Virus record (IMG/VR): IMGVR_UViG_3300012662_000001
Location: 42,558 to 106,557 of that record
Strand: one strand, 5' to 3'
DNA length: 64,000 nt
DNA from: a virus
Below the pieces are notes generated by a model. It had not been told where the DNA came from. It saw only the letters and a program-made list of their open reading frames with translations, and searched no databases. This document shows, piece by piece, positions 25,755-34,786 of this stretch (position 1 is its first letter; each line of letters starts with the position of its first letter). Both the position numbers and the translations under genes were made by a program.

Positions 25755-26524
25755 TGCCTTTGAATATAGACCTCAGTGAAGTGGTTGAAGAGTTTGCTCT
25801 TACGGCTACACAGTCAATGGAATTGAGTGATGTCATCATTGATAGGATAGTCGCGGAGTATACCTCCAAATGGGAGAATCTTGTTGACAATGGTCTGAAA
25901 GGGCTTCGCAGCACCTATAAGAATGCGATGTATGTTGACAAGAAGAGTTCCTCTGAGGTTATATTTGGTCTGCGTGAGGGTGAAAACGGTCTTGCTATGG
26001 CCTTGGAGGAGGGTAAGGCGGCTTGGGATGAAAAGCCGTTCTTTGAGGCCTCCCCACGGAAGCATCGTAAGGCTATGGGTGACGGCTGGTATCTGACGGT
26101 TCCATTCAGACACGCCACTCCGGAAGCGGTTGCTGAATCAGGCATATTTCAGAGTGTTCTACCGAAGGAGATTTATGATATAGCGAAGAACAACGGTGGT
26201 CGTAGGGTGTCTATGGCGCAGCTTCCGGAACAGTATAGACAGCTTGGTAGTAGAAAGGAGATTGTTACAGCGAGTGGTGTTATTCCAGAGTACACTCACA
26301 AGGCTCCGAAGTATCTCGGTCTGGTGCGTGTGAATGTTTCATCCACCAACAAGGAGGACCGAGGTGGCTATATGACATTTAGACGTGTGAGTGATAGGAG
26401 TGACCCTAACTCGTGGATTCATCCTGGATTTGACGCCCACAGGTTTATGGACAAGGCGTTGGATCAGGCTGATATCTACACCGTGGCTGATATGGCTATT
26501 GATAATTTTTTGGCGCAATTATGA
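25751..26524 (+). CDS. hypothetical structural protein
   Basis: 4-nt overlap coupling within the late operon. Confidence 0.45.
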   Translation: MMPLNIDLSEVVEEFALTATQSMELSDVIIDRIVAEYTSKWENLVDNGLKGLRSTYKNAMYVDKKSSSEVIFGLREGENGLAMALEEGKAAWDEKPFFEASPRKHRKAMGDGWYLTVPFRHATPEAVAESGIFQSVLPKEIYDIAKNNGGRRVSMAQLPEQYRQLGSRKEIVTASGVIPEYTHKAPKYLGLVRVNVSSTNKEDRGGYMTFRRVSDRSDPNSWIHPGFDAHRFMDKALDQADIYTVADMAIDNFLAQL

Positions 26525-27399
26525 TACTTGTAGCGAGAATTAAGAGACTTGTCACAGGGCTGATTGACTACATTCAGCGAGACTACAACAGTGGAATTCC
26601 TGAGACACAGACATTCCTATATCAGATGTTCTGGGGCGCTCGGGACGGGAGTTTTGATTTCTATGAACAGGCCAGAAAGATGTTTCTGCGAACTAATGAG
26701 AGCCCTCGCAAGGTGGCTGTCACGCTGGAGTACCCGAAGGACAAGGTGGCTCTTCCGTGCATTGTGATTCGGGAACCATCACGTCAACAGACACAGCCTA
26801 ATCCACTTGGAGGAATCGGTGATCCAGAGAGTTTGTTTGGCGCTCCTGGATATCAGAGGGAGGCATTCAATGTGACAAGCGGTTCAAAGGTGAATCTGAT
26901 GTGCTTCAGTGATAATCCTATGGAGTCACTGTTGATGGGTGAGGTACTTTATGCCTTATTGCAGGGGGCGAGGAACACATTTGAGGAGGAGTTTTTGAAC
27001 TTTTCATTCTCCACGTCTGAACTTGTGGCTGAAAATAGCCTGTTTCCTCTACCTATCATTATAAAGACAGTGTCCATAGACGTTACTGAGAACGAGGACT
27101 ATGCTTCACTTATACGTCAGGACTTGATGTCGTGTGTGAAGTTTGAGCCGCCTATTCCAGTCAGTGACTTTGAAAGGCCGGAGCCGGAGCCAATTGGAAA
27201 GTACTTTTTCTTTACCAATCCATATCTGTGGCTGGATGCCTTGGTGGCTGAGGGTGATATGGGTATTCTGTCGAACACGGACTGGATTTTGGAATATGGT
27301 GGAGAACTGTTCAACTTTGGGGTGGATGTTCTCTATCTGAATAATGAGGACTATGGCGAGCAGACAATCATCGCTCAGACAACGTGGACGCTTGAATAG
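26521..27399 (+). CDS. hypothetical structural protein
   Basis: 4-nt overlap coupling within the late operon. Confidence 0.45.
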   Translation: MILVARIKRLVTGLIDYIQRDYNSGIPETQTFLYQMFWGARDGSFDFYEQARKMFLRTNESPRKVAVTLEYPKDKVALPCIVIREPSRQQTQPNPLGGIGDPESLFGAPGYQREAFNVTSGSKVNLMCFSDNPMESLLMGEVLYALLQGARNTFEEEFLNFSFSTSELVAENSLFPLPIIIKTVSIDVTENEDYASLIRQDLMSCVKFEPPIPVSDFERPEPEPIGKYFFFTNPYLWLDALVAEGDMGILSNTDWILEYGGELFNFGVDVLYLNNEDYGEQTIIAQTTWTLE

Positions 27400-27420
27400 T
27401 GTGGAAATATGTTTTATAAC

Positions 27421-27447
27421 TATATTTGTGTCGTAATTTGTGTCGTA
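27421..27447 (+). promoter_or_regulatory. -7 box TATATTTG overlapping a perfect 12-bp tandem repeat (ATTTGTGTCGTA x2)
   Basis: Box at 27421-27428; repeats at 27424-27435 and 27436-27447, upstream of the BACON gene set. Confidence 0.45.
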
Positions 27448-27502
27448 TAAGGAAAGGAACTTTATAGTTTCATTATAGTGTTTAATTAAATCTTTTTGTT
27501 CT

Positions 27503-28135
27503 ATGGCAAAAGCAGCTTGGTTGACTCTCAACCCGATGTCGGGACAGGGTAACGCAACCGTACAAAACACCGCCACCGTTCATACCGGACGTGTGCAGAG
27601 GGAGACCACAGTAACAGGTGTGGCCACTGGAGTTTCTCCGAATAAGACCTACACCGTTATTCAGAAGCCGAAGACTGAGTTCGTATCCTTCGACAACGGT
27701 ACTGAGATCACCGTCGGCAAGGAGGGTGGTTCTCTCACCATCAAGGGTAAGTCCAACTCTGCCAAACTTGCGTTTAGTCTTGTTGACAACGCAGAGGGCA
27801 CGGCCAATGACCTTTCTCTTACTCTTCCTGCAAATTACACCGCAGCAGGAGCAGAGACCGCCAACAGTGCGGCTATCACAGGCGACCCTGGAGCTTCAGC
27901 GGAGTATGCGTTCAGCATTACTTTCACAGGTATCGCTGAGAACCTCACCATCAATGAGCTTCAGTGCGCTCTCGCTGTTGCGGCAGGTGATAATGCGGCC
28001 ACCGCTCAGATCACCATCAAGCAGACCGCTGGAGACCCTACATTCAACTTCGACAACGATAACATCACCATCGAGGCAAGCGGTGAAGCAGTATCTCAGG
28101 GCGTTAAGTCCAACACTTCTTGGACACTCTCGTAG
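27503..28135 (+). CDS. BACON/Ig-like domain surface protein (paralogue A)
   Basis: AAWLTLNPMSGQGNATVQNTATVHTGRVQRETTVTGV...YTVIQ fits the BACON pattern W..vsP.sG.G...v.....N.g..R...v.v......v.Q. Confidence 0.65.
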   Translation: MAKAAWLTLNPMSGQGNATVQNTATVHTGRVQRETTVTGVATGVSPNKTYTVIQKPKTEFVSFDNGTEITVGKEGGSLTIKGKSNSAKLAFSLVDNAEGTANDLSLTLPANYTAAGAETANSAAITGDPGASAEYAFSITFTGIAENLTINELQCALAVAAGDNAATAQITIKQTAGDPTFNFDNDNITIEASGEAVSQGVKSNTSWTLS

Positions 28136-28170
28136 TGTTTCTGGGAGTAGGTGTTTTATCTGGCAGAAAT

Positions 28171-28204
28171 GAGGGGTGGGGCTGTTACCCCACCTCTCTT
28201 TTTA
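28171..28204 (+). terminator. strong intrinsic terminator
   Basis: 11-bp stem GAGGGGTGGGG/CCCCACCTCTC followed by TTTTTT. Confidence 0.75.
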
Positions 28205-28220
28205 ATTAAGAGGAGGAACT

Positions 28221-28406
28221 ATGATAAATGAGGAATTTGACAGAGAGGTGAGAATCACAGGCAGATTGACTGAAGGAACGCTTCCAGCGGAGGATTCCTT
28301 TGTTGTCGTTCATCTTGGTCTGCGAGAGCCGTTTATACCTATGGGGGATGAGGATTCAATGCTTGTGGCTGATGATGCCACCTATGGGGTGCTGAAGGAA
28401 CAGTGA
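28221..28406 (+). CDS. small hypothetical protein
   Basis: 61-aa ORF following the terminator. Confidence 0.35.
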   Translation: MINEEFDREVRITGRLTEGTLPAEDSFVVVHLGLREPFIPMGDEDSMLVADDATYGVLKEQ

Positions 28407-28446
28407 CACTATAATTTTTAATGAAAATTGTTTAATACTTTAGATT

Positions 28447-28662
28447 ATGGCATACAAATCAAAATTTACTGGAGCCGAGGTGGATGCTGCGATTGAGCAG
28501 GTTCGCAACTGGAAGAATAACCCTTCCACTATTATGACTTCTGAACAGATTCTGGCCAATCTTACAGGTCAGCAGATTATTGATAAGATCAACTCTGTGT
28601 CCGGGAACATTGTGTTCACCAAGTTTGTTGATGCACAGGGTGGGGCTGGAAACACGAAGTAG
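28447..28662 (+). CDS. small hypothetical protein
   Basis: 71-aa ORF. Confidence 0.4.
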   Translation: MAYKSKFTGAEVDAAIEQVRNWKNNPSTIMTSEQILANLTGQQIIDKINSVSGNIVFTKFVDAQGGAGNTK

Positions 28663-28665
28663 CGT

Positions 28666-29553
28666 ATGGCGGAACTTAGACCTTTCGCGACGGCCAAACA
28701 GGCGGCTGACATCGGGAGCATTACCCCGACTGATATCGGCGTGTCTGCGACGGCCTTTGTTCGCAAGAGCGAGCTTGTCAAGACAGGCAAGTTCGATGAG
28801 ACGAATCTTGCTTCCTATCAGGATGCTTGGTTCGTGAATCTGGATGCCGTTAAAAAGGCTTCCGGAGGATCTATACTTCATATTGAGTGGCTTCCATTTT
28901 CAAGTGTTCTGGCGAATGCCACTGAAGTATCAACATTTGTGTCCTGTCAGGGCGACTATGTTGGTGATCCTGTTGTTGCTATTACAGGTGCGTTGAAGAA
29001 CGCTTCCGTTCGTATTGAAAAATATACTGAGAATTCTTCCGGATGGACGCATCGTATCTATGTGACGTTCGATAAAAACTGGACTTTGAATGATTTAGTC
29101 TCCTCCGTTACGGTTACTATTACAGATGCGGATGGTAAGAGTGAATCAAGTTCAGCAAATGTCACTCAGAATGGTGCAAAGTTTGAGTACCACCCCACAA
29201 CACTATCATTTGATGCAGATGACACCATCACACAGCAGGTTGTGACTATTGTCTCCCCAAGCTCCTTTTCTGTTTCCACGGATTCATCGTCTTGGATTGG
29301 TTTTAGTAAACAGGTGGACGCGACTGTAAAGGTCTATATGCTCGCCAAGAATACTTCTGGTTCAGATCGTAGTGGAAAACTTATCTTGACCTATGATTAT
29401 ACAGGGGATAAGTTTGAGGTGGCGGTAGTTCAAAAGGGTGAAGGCGCTTCTCATAATCTGGTAGTTTCGCCTACTTCTATGAATTTTGGTGCGAATCCTA
29501 CTTCTGGTAAGGATCTTACCATTACAGCCACTGGCGACTGGACAATAGAATAG
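28666..29553 (+). CDS. BACON/Ig-like domain surface protein (paralogue B)
   Basis: SSWIGFSKQVDATVKVYMLAKNTSGSDRSGKLILTY...VAVVQ. The C-terminal LVVSPTSMNFGA...LTITATGDWTIE matches the C-termini of the neighbouring genes. Confidence 0.6.
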   Translation: MAELRPFATAKQAADIGSITPTDIGVSATAFVRKSELVKTGKFDETNLASYQDAWFVNLDAVKKASGGSILHIEWLPFSSVLANATEVSTFVSCQGDYVGDPVVAITGALKNASVRIEKYTENSSGWTHRIYVTFDKNWTLNDLVSSVTVTITDADGKSESSSANVTQNGAKFEYHPTTLSFDADDTITQQVVTIVSPSSFSVSTDSSSWIGFSKQVDATVKVYMLAKNTSGSDRSGKLILTYDYTGDKFEVAVVQKGEGASHNLVVSPTSMNFGANPTSGKDLTITATGDWTIE

Positions 29554-29563
29554 GAGGTATATT

Positions 29564-31804
29564 ATGGCAAAATCATCTTGGCTTACTGTATCTCCTATGT
29601 CCGGCTCAGGGAACGCCACCTTGACGAACACTGGAACTAATCACACTGGACGAAATTCTCGTTCCACGAGTGTGACTGCCACCGTCAAGGGGCTTTCCGT
29701 AAGCCGTTCCTACACGGTTGTTCAAAAGGCTCTGGCGGAGTTTGTGTCCATCACAGGCAGTGCGTCCGTTACCGTGGATAAGGAGGGTCAATCACTTACA
29801 TTGAGTGGAATTTCTAATTCCTCCAAATTGACATTTGCTTCGGATTCCACGAGTGTGACTGTTCCGACTTCCTATACAGTTAATGAGGAAGCAGCCACCA
29901 ATGGAACGGCAATCTCAGGTGATCCTGGAACGTCCGCTCAATATGCGTTCAGCATATCAGTGACTGTTCCTGTGAACACTACGACATCGGTTCGTAGTTT
30001 TACGATTACGGTTACGACTGCAAGCGGTGCAAAGGCGACGTGGACATTGAATCAGGAGGCTTCGTCCATCACCTATACACTTACACTTTCACCATCTGTG
30101 GTAATCATTGCCGCAAAGGGTGGTTCTTCCACTATTTCCGGCACGTTGCGGACGTACAGAAATGGCACACTTATTTCAACGGATAGCGTTACTCCGACCT
30201 GTACCGTGTCAGGCAGTGTGTTTAGCGTGTCGTCTGGAAATGTCGTATCAGTTGACTCTCGTGGAACTACTGTCGGTGACGCACGTTCAACGACCGTGAC
30301 AGGTTCATACAACGGAACCACGGCCACTGTGACAGTTTCACAGGAGGCAAATAAGGTTGAAAGTTCTGTTAATTCAGGTGGAGCCATCACCTATGGCAAT
30401 GTGACTATTGGAACTATTACGAATGCCACCATTGCGGCAAGAGGTGGCACTGGAACGGCCACAGCCGGAAAGGGTTCCCAGAGTAAGACTGTTGCGGCCA
30501 CGTATCGTACTGACACCTATACGTCAGAAGTTACCAATAGAGTGCAGACGGCAGAGACTGTAACGACCATTGAATCCATTGATCCTTCAGTTTCTTCCGT
30601 TTCAGGTACGGCATCATCCAAGGGAACGATTATTTCCAGCATTACTACGGTGAAGTCTCAGGTCGTCATCTGGACTGGAAACGACTCGAAGTCTGTTTCA
30701 GGAACAATGTATGTCTATCAGGAAGCGAACAGTCGTACCTTGGAAAGGTATTCTACCCCTGTTTCATATTCAGATATAGGTGCTGATGGGAGTGCAGCTA
30801 TTCCTACAATTATCGATTATCCTTGTTATTGGAGTTACACTTCTGGAGGTAGCATTGATATTGCAAGGAGTTCATTGACTATTTCTTATTCCAAGAATTG
30901 GGGCGGCGGAAGTTCTTACAATAATGCTTCCATTAATACATCTAATGGCTATGTAACAGCGGATAGCCTTGGCACGACTGCGAAAAGTCGAAAGAACGTT
31001 CTTGATTCCAGGATAACGTTTGCAATAAATAGTTTATCTGTGTCGGAGGTTGTCTATGTCTATCAGGCGGCCAATGCCAAGACTTCAGTTGAATATGGTA
31101 CACCATCAGTTTCGTTAACTGTTGAGGATATTCCAGCAAGCGGTGGAACGGTGTCCAGTGGTATTGTTTCATATTCTCAGAGCCAGAATCAGTATTACAC
31201 TTCTGGTGCGTATGAGGCATTGTCAACGGTTACTTCTGGAGGAACAGTGTCTTATGGATCATCAGTAAGTGCGGATAGTCTTGGTACAACGGTGAAATCA
31301 AGATCAAGTGTTGGAACGTTGACAGTAACAGTGACCCTTAATGGTAAGTCTGGTTCTGATTCGGCCACTGTGTACCAACAAGCAAATTCCGCCATCTATG
31401 GGGCTGTTTCTGTTACGGCTGACACTCCAGTTTCAATGTTGGCCTCTGGTGGAACAAGCACGATATCACCTACTGCAAGCCAGACGGTGAGTTATACTTC
31501 CGGAAGCACTCGTGCTGGAAGTGTGTCACTATCCTATGCAGTTAAGACAAGCAAGACTGGATTTAGTTTGAGTGGGGCGACTGTAACTGCAACACAGAAC
31601 ACTTCTACTTCAGATAGAAATGGTTTTGTGGTGACGGTTACGGCCACTGGAGAGGGTTCAAAATCAGCTACGACTGATGTCACGTTTAATCAGGCTGGAG
31701 CAAGTGCCACCTTGTCTGTTTCTCCTGCATCACTGTCCTTTGTGGCGGATGGAGAGGGCAAGACAATTACCATTACTTCCAATGGAGATTGGACGATTTC
31801 CTAA
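29564..31804 (+). CDS. large S/T-rich multi-repeat BACON/Ig-like surface protein (paralogue C)
   Basis: The N-terminus MAKSSWLTVSPMSGSGNATLTNTGTNHTGRNSRSTSVTA is about 60 percent identical by eye to 27503..28135. Modules ending in V[SY]Q[EAQ]AN recur. Confidence 0.65.
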   Translation: MAKSSWLTVSPMSGSGNATLTNTGTNHTGRNSRSTSVTATVKGLSVSRSYTVVQKALAEFVSITGSASVTVDKEGQSLTLSGISNSSKLTFASDSTSVTVPTSYTVNEEAATNGTAISGDPGTSAQYAFSISVTVPVNTTTSVRSFTITVTTASGAKATWTLNQEASSITYTLTLSPSVVIIAAKGGSSTISGTLRTYRNGTLISTDSVTPTCTVSGSVFSVSSGNVVSVDSRGTTVGDARSTTVTGSYNGTTATVTVSQEANKVESSVNSGGAITYGNVTIGTITNATIAARGGTGTATAGKGSQSKTVAATYRTDTYTSEVTNRVQTAETVTTIESIDPSVSSVSGTASSKGTIISSITTVKSQVVIWTGNDSKSVSGTMYVYQEANSRTLERYSTPVSYSDIGADGSAAIPTIIDYPCYWSYTSGGSIDIARSSLTISYSKNWGGGSSYNNASINTSNGYVTADSLGTTAKSRKNVLDSRITFAINSLSVSEVVYVYQAANAKTSVEYGTPSVSLTVEDIPASGGTVSSGIVSYSQSQNQYYTSGAYEALSTVTSGGTVSYGSSVSADSLGTTVKSRSSVGTLTVTVTLNGKSGSDSATVYQQANSAIYGAVSVTADTPVSMLASGGTSTISPTASQTVSYTSGSTRAGSVSLSYAVKTSKTGFSLSGATVTATQNTSTSDRNGFVVTVTATGEGSKSATTDVTFNQAGASATLSVSPASLSFVADGEGKTITITSNGDWTIS

Positions 31805-31826
31805 TTTTGCTGTGAATTTATGTTGG

Positions 31827-31860
31827 ACTGGAGTGGGTCATTCTCACTCCAGTTTGATTT
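31827..31860 (+). terminator. intrinsic terminator hairpin
   Basis: ACTGGAGTG...CACTCCAGT stem followed by TTGATTT. Confidence 0.55.
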
Positions 31861-31942
31861 ATAGTGAACTGATTTCGCAGGAAAGCACTACCTTTACATC
31901 GTAATAGTATGAACGTAGAATTTTCATAATTATAATTGCAGT

Positions 31943-33577
31943 ATGGCGACAAGTGTTTATTTCAACGGTAAGATGAGAACACTCCCTGGAGTGTACTCCA
32001 CCATCACTTCCGGAGATAACACCCAGACCAGAACTCTTGACTATGGTACGGTGCTCCTCATAGACACTGGAGTTTTTGGTAGCGGTTGGGGCGGTGGCTC
32101 CGGCGTGAATGGTGTTGACAAGCAGGGGAAGGATGCCGTCTACGAGTTTGATGACTTGCAGACATTTAGAGACTTTGTCAAGGGTGGTATGTACTGGAAA
32201 GCGGCTGAGGCTCTTTTTACTCCAGACCCTTATAATCAGGATGCGGCTGGTATCAGCAGACTTTTGTTTGCTCGTGCCTGTACGACAATTCCTGCGAAGA
32301 TGGAACTTGCTTCTGGAAGCAGTAAGTTCGTTGTCAGGACAATTGATGAGGGCTTGAATGCCAACGGTGTTCTTGACGGTGAATATCTGAAGTTCGGTTA
32401 TGCCTATACGATAGAGCAGGGGGTTGATGATGAATCAACCTTTGTGGTGAAGTTTTGGAGAGGAACCTATACAGGTGACTATATTGACCCTGTGACAGGT
32501 GTGACACTTTCCTATGATGAGCTTACTATTGCACAGGCCGAGCCGTTGCTTATCTGTCAGTCTCCTGAAGTTAAAACGATTCAGGATTTGATTGCGTGGG
32601 CGAATGTTGATGAGAATTTTGGTGCAAGATTTGTTTTGGACGCTGATTCTCGTTATACGGATGGTGATTCCATTACTAATCCAACGTTGAACACCTATGT
32701 TCTGGCTGATGGTGGCACGGAGGACTATAAGACAACTGATCTTGATGATCTTCTTAATGCTATTCCTGACGTTGACTACAATATTGTGTTCACGGATCAG
32801 GTTGAGACCAATGCCAATTCCGCCAAGCAGAAGAAAGTGATTGCTCATCGTAATACACAGGCGAAGTTTGACAAGTTCGTCTACGTTGGTGCATACAGCA
32901 CAAAGGCAAGATTTAATGATTCCTTGAATGTCGCCAAGTCACTGAATAGTCAGTGGATTGTTGCCGTTCACGGTGGTGTTGCCACGGCTTCTGACGCCAC
33001 GGCATCAGGATTTAGGTGGTGGACAGTGTTCTACAATCTGTGTCAGATTGTCGGTAGAGTGTCTGGAAAACCACCTTATATTCCAGTGACGAACAAGACT
33101 ATTGGCGGTGACAAACTTCAGCACATTCCTACCGAGAAGGAAATGGAGAAGGCTCTTAAGTTTGGTCTTGTGGTTGTTTACCCTAATCCATATCTTCAGA
33201 GGTTTGTGGTTCTTCAGGGTGTCACCACTCTTCAGGACAATACGTTGCTTTTTAATAAAAAGGGTGCGTCATTTAGCATTCAGTTTATGCGTATCATTGC
33301 ACAGCTGAACAAGGAGTGTGTTGTGAACGCTTCCATTGACCTCCTCGGGGATGAAAACGGTGTGAACATCAATACCCTGTCAAAGGGTGCTCTTGAGACC
33401 TGGACAGCCAACTTCCTTCAGACAAGGGTGGCCACGGATCAGCAGGACAATCTGATTCAGAGGTTTCAGAACGTTGTTGCCAAGAGGGTGGATGACTGTT
33501 ACTATGTTTCCTATGAGGTGGTTCTCAATAATGAGGTGACGAAGATATTCTTTACGGGATTCCTTCTCAGAAATTAA
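31943..33577 (+). CDS. contractile tail sheath protein
   Basis: 544 aa, N-terminal LPGVYSTI motif, followed by the tube, chaperones and tape measure. Confidence 0.65.
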   Translation: MATSVYFNGKMRTLPGVYSTITSGDNTQTRTLDYGTVLLIDTGVFGSGWGGGSGVNGVDKQGKDAVYEFDDLQTFRDFVKGGMYWKAAEALFTPDPYNQDAAGISRLLFARACTTIPAKMELASGSSKFVVRTIDEGLNANGVLDGEYLKFGYAYTIEQGVDDESTFVVKFWRGTYTGDYIDPVTGVTLSYDELTIAQAEPLLICQSPEVKTIQDLIAWANVDENFGARFVLDADSRYTDGDSITNPTLNTYVLADGGTEDYKTTDLDDLLNAIPDVDYNIVFTDQVETNANSAKQKKVIAHRNTQAKFDKFVYVGAYSTKARFNDSLNVAKSLNSQWIVAVHGGVATASDATASGFRWWTVFYNLCQIVGRVSGKPPYIPVTNKTIGGDKLQHIPTEKEMEKALKFGLVVVYPNPYLQRFVVLQGVTTLQDNTLLFNKKGASFSIQFMRIIAQLNKECVVNASIDLLGDENGVNINTLSKGALETWTANFLQTRVATDQQDNLIQRFQNVVAKRVDDCYYVSYEVVLNNEVTKIFFTGFLLRN

Positions 33578-33594
33578 TTAAATGAGAGAATATT

Positions 33595-34083
33595 ATGACT
33601 AAAGGAAAAGTTTTTACGGCTCCAAAGGCGTTTATCAAGATAGATAATCAGGTTGCGGGATATGTCCGCAACCTGACATTCTCAGAGAACGTTCAGAGAG
33701 CCAATGTTCAGGGTCTTGGCAGTTTAACCTATCAGGAGGCTCCGCCTGTTGTCTATACCTGTAATTGGCAGGTTGATCAGTATTTCATCTCCTTTGACAC
33801 TCCTGTGATGAAGAAGATGTTGAAGAAGTTTGGTACTATCGCTGAAATCAAGAATAGTCTGGTTCTTGGTGATATCGCCTTTGACATTACTGTCTATTCC
33901 AAGACTGTTCAGTCAGAGGATCAGCAGACCAAACTCGTGACAGAGGTTGACAACACAGGTCAGACGATAGCTCGTCTTCAGGGGTGCTTGCTGAATTCAC
34001 AGTCCTTTCAGCTTTCTGAGGCAGGGCTTGCAGGTGTGAATATTCAGGGTATCTATCTGGAGCCGATTTCTATGGCGAAATAA
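33595..34083 (+). CDS. tail tube protein
   Basis: 162 aa, located directly after the sheath. Confidence 0.6.
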   Translation: MTKGKVFTAPKAFIKIDNQVAGYVRNLTFSENVQRANVQGLGSLTYQEAPPVVYTCNWQVDQYFISFDTPVMKKMLKKFGTIAEIKNSLVLGDIAFDITVYSKTVQSEDQQTKLVTEVDNTGQTIARLQGCLLNSQSFQLSEAGLAGVNIQGIYLEPISMAK

Positions 34084-34101
34084 CGTTGTAAAAAGAAAAA
34101 A

Positions 34102-34467
34102 TTGATTATGTTGCAGGAGGAAGTAAAATTTGTCGTTAAAGGGCACGAATACACGGTTAAGTTTCCTACCGTGGGTCAGTATTATAGCATTGAAGCATTG
34201 AAGCAGTCTCTTGGTCGGGGGAACTATAATATGATGGTTCAGAGTCCGCTTCGCAGTGTGCAGGATGCGTTGGATATGATTGATATTGAAGCGACCCTTA
34301 CGATAATGTGTCCAGACCTTATTAAGGATTTGAAAGTGCCGATTACGGAGCTTGATATTCGGGATTATCTTGATGTCAAGTCTGCCTATTTGAAGCAGGT
34401 TGCACCGTTCTTTAAGTCGGTGAATGATGCTTTGCACGGTATAACGGATTCTGAAAATGTAGGGTAA
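34102..34467 (+). CDS. tail assembly chaperone candidate
   Basis: Positioned between the tube and the tape measure. Confidence 0.45.
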   Translation: MIMLQEEVKFVVKGHEYTVKFPTVGQYYSIEALKQSLGRGNYNMMVQSPLRSVQDALDMIDIEATLTIMCPDLIKDLKVPITELDIRDYLDVKSAYLKQVAPFFKSVNDALHGITDSENVG

Positions 34468-34468
34468 T

Positions 34469-34786
34469 ATGGAGCGTTCCGAACTGGAACAGGCAGTTGT
34501 CAGTTGGAATAATCGATTCCCTCTGGACAGGTGGTGGCGTAACAAGCACGAAGTCGCATTTATGTCCCCTGTTCATAGGGAATCTTCCTTCTTATATCAG
34601 TTGTTTGAGTTTGAGGAGGATAAATTGTTTTCCAAGGCGGTTGTTGATGCAGTTACTACAACGAACAAGGAAATGTATGTTCCTGGGAGTGGTGACATAT
34701 TTAAGACTCCAGCCACTATGGAGGACTTCACGAAGGAAGCACAGAGGGAGATTGATGAAATGTTAAAGATGGAAGAAAATGGCTGA
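34469..34786 (+). CDS. tail assembly chaperone candidate 2
   Basis: Positioned directly before the tape measure, with its own ATG in TAATATG. Confidence 0.45.
   Translation: MERSELEQAVVSWNNRFPLDRWWRNKHEVAFMSPVHRESSFLYQLFEFEEDKLFSKAVVDAVTTTNKEMYVPGSGDIFKTPATMEDFTKEAQREIDEMLKMEENG

Noticed and set aside
27618-28172. 184-aa + strand ORF in an alternative frame of the first BACON gene
   Set aside because: It overlaps 27503..28135, which has the recognisable BACON pattern and a paralogue. The alternative frame is P/S/R/L-rich with no motif.
33997-34545. 182-aa minus-strand ORF across the tube/chaperone junction
   Set aside because: It is antisense to three well-packed + strand genes.
34102-34786. 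Programmed -1 frameshift between the two tail chaperone ORFs (G/GT-type)
   Set aside because: The position is canonical, but no X XXY YYZ slippery heptamer occurs near the end of the first ORF. The second ORF is in the +1 frame and has its own ATG right after the stop (TAATATG). They are therefore treated as separate genes.
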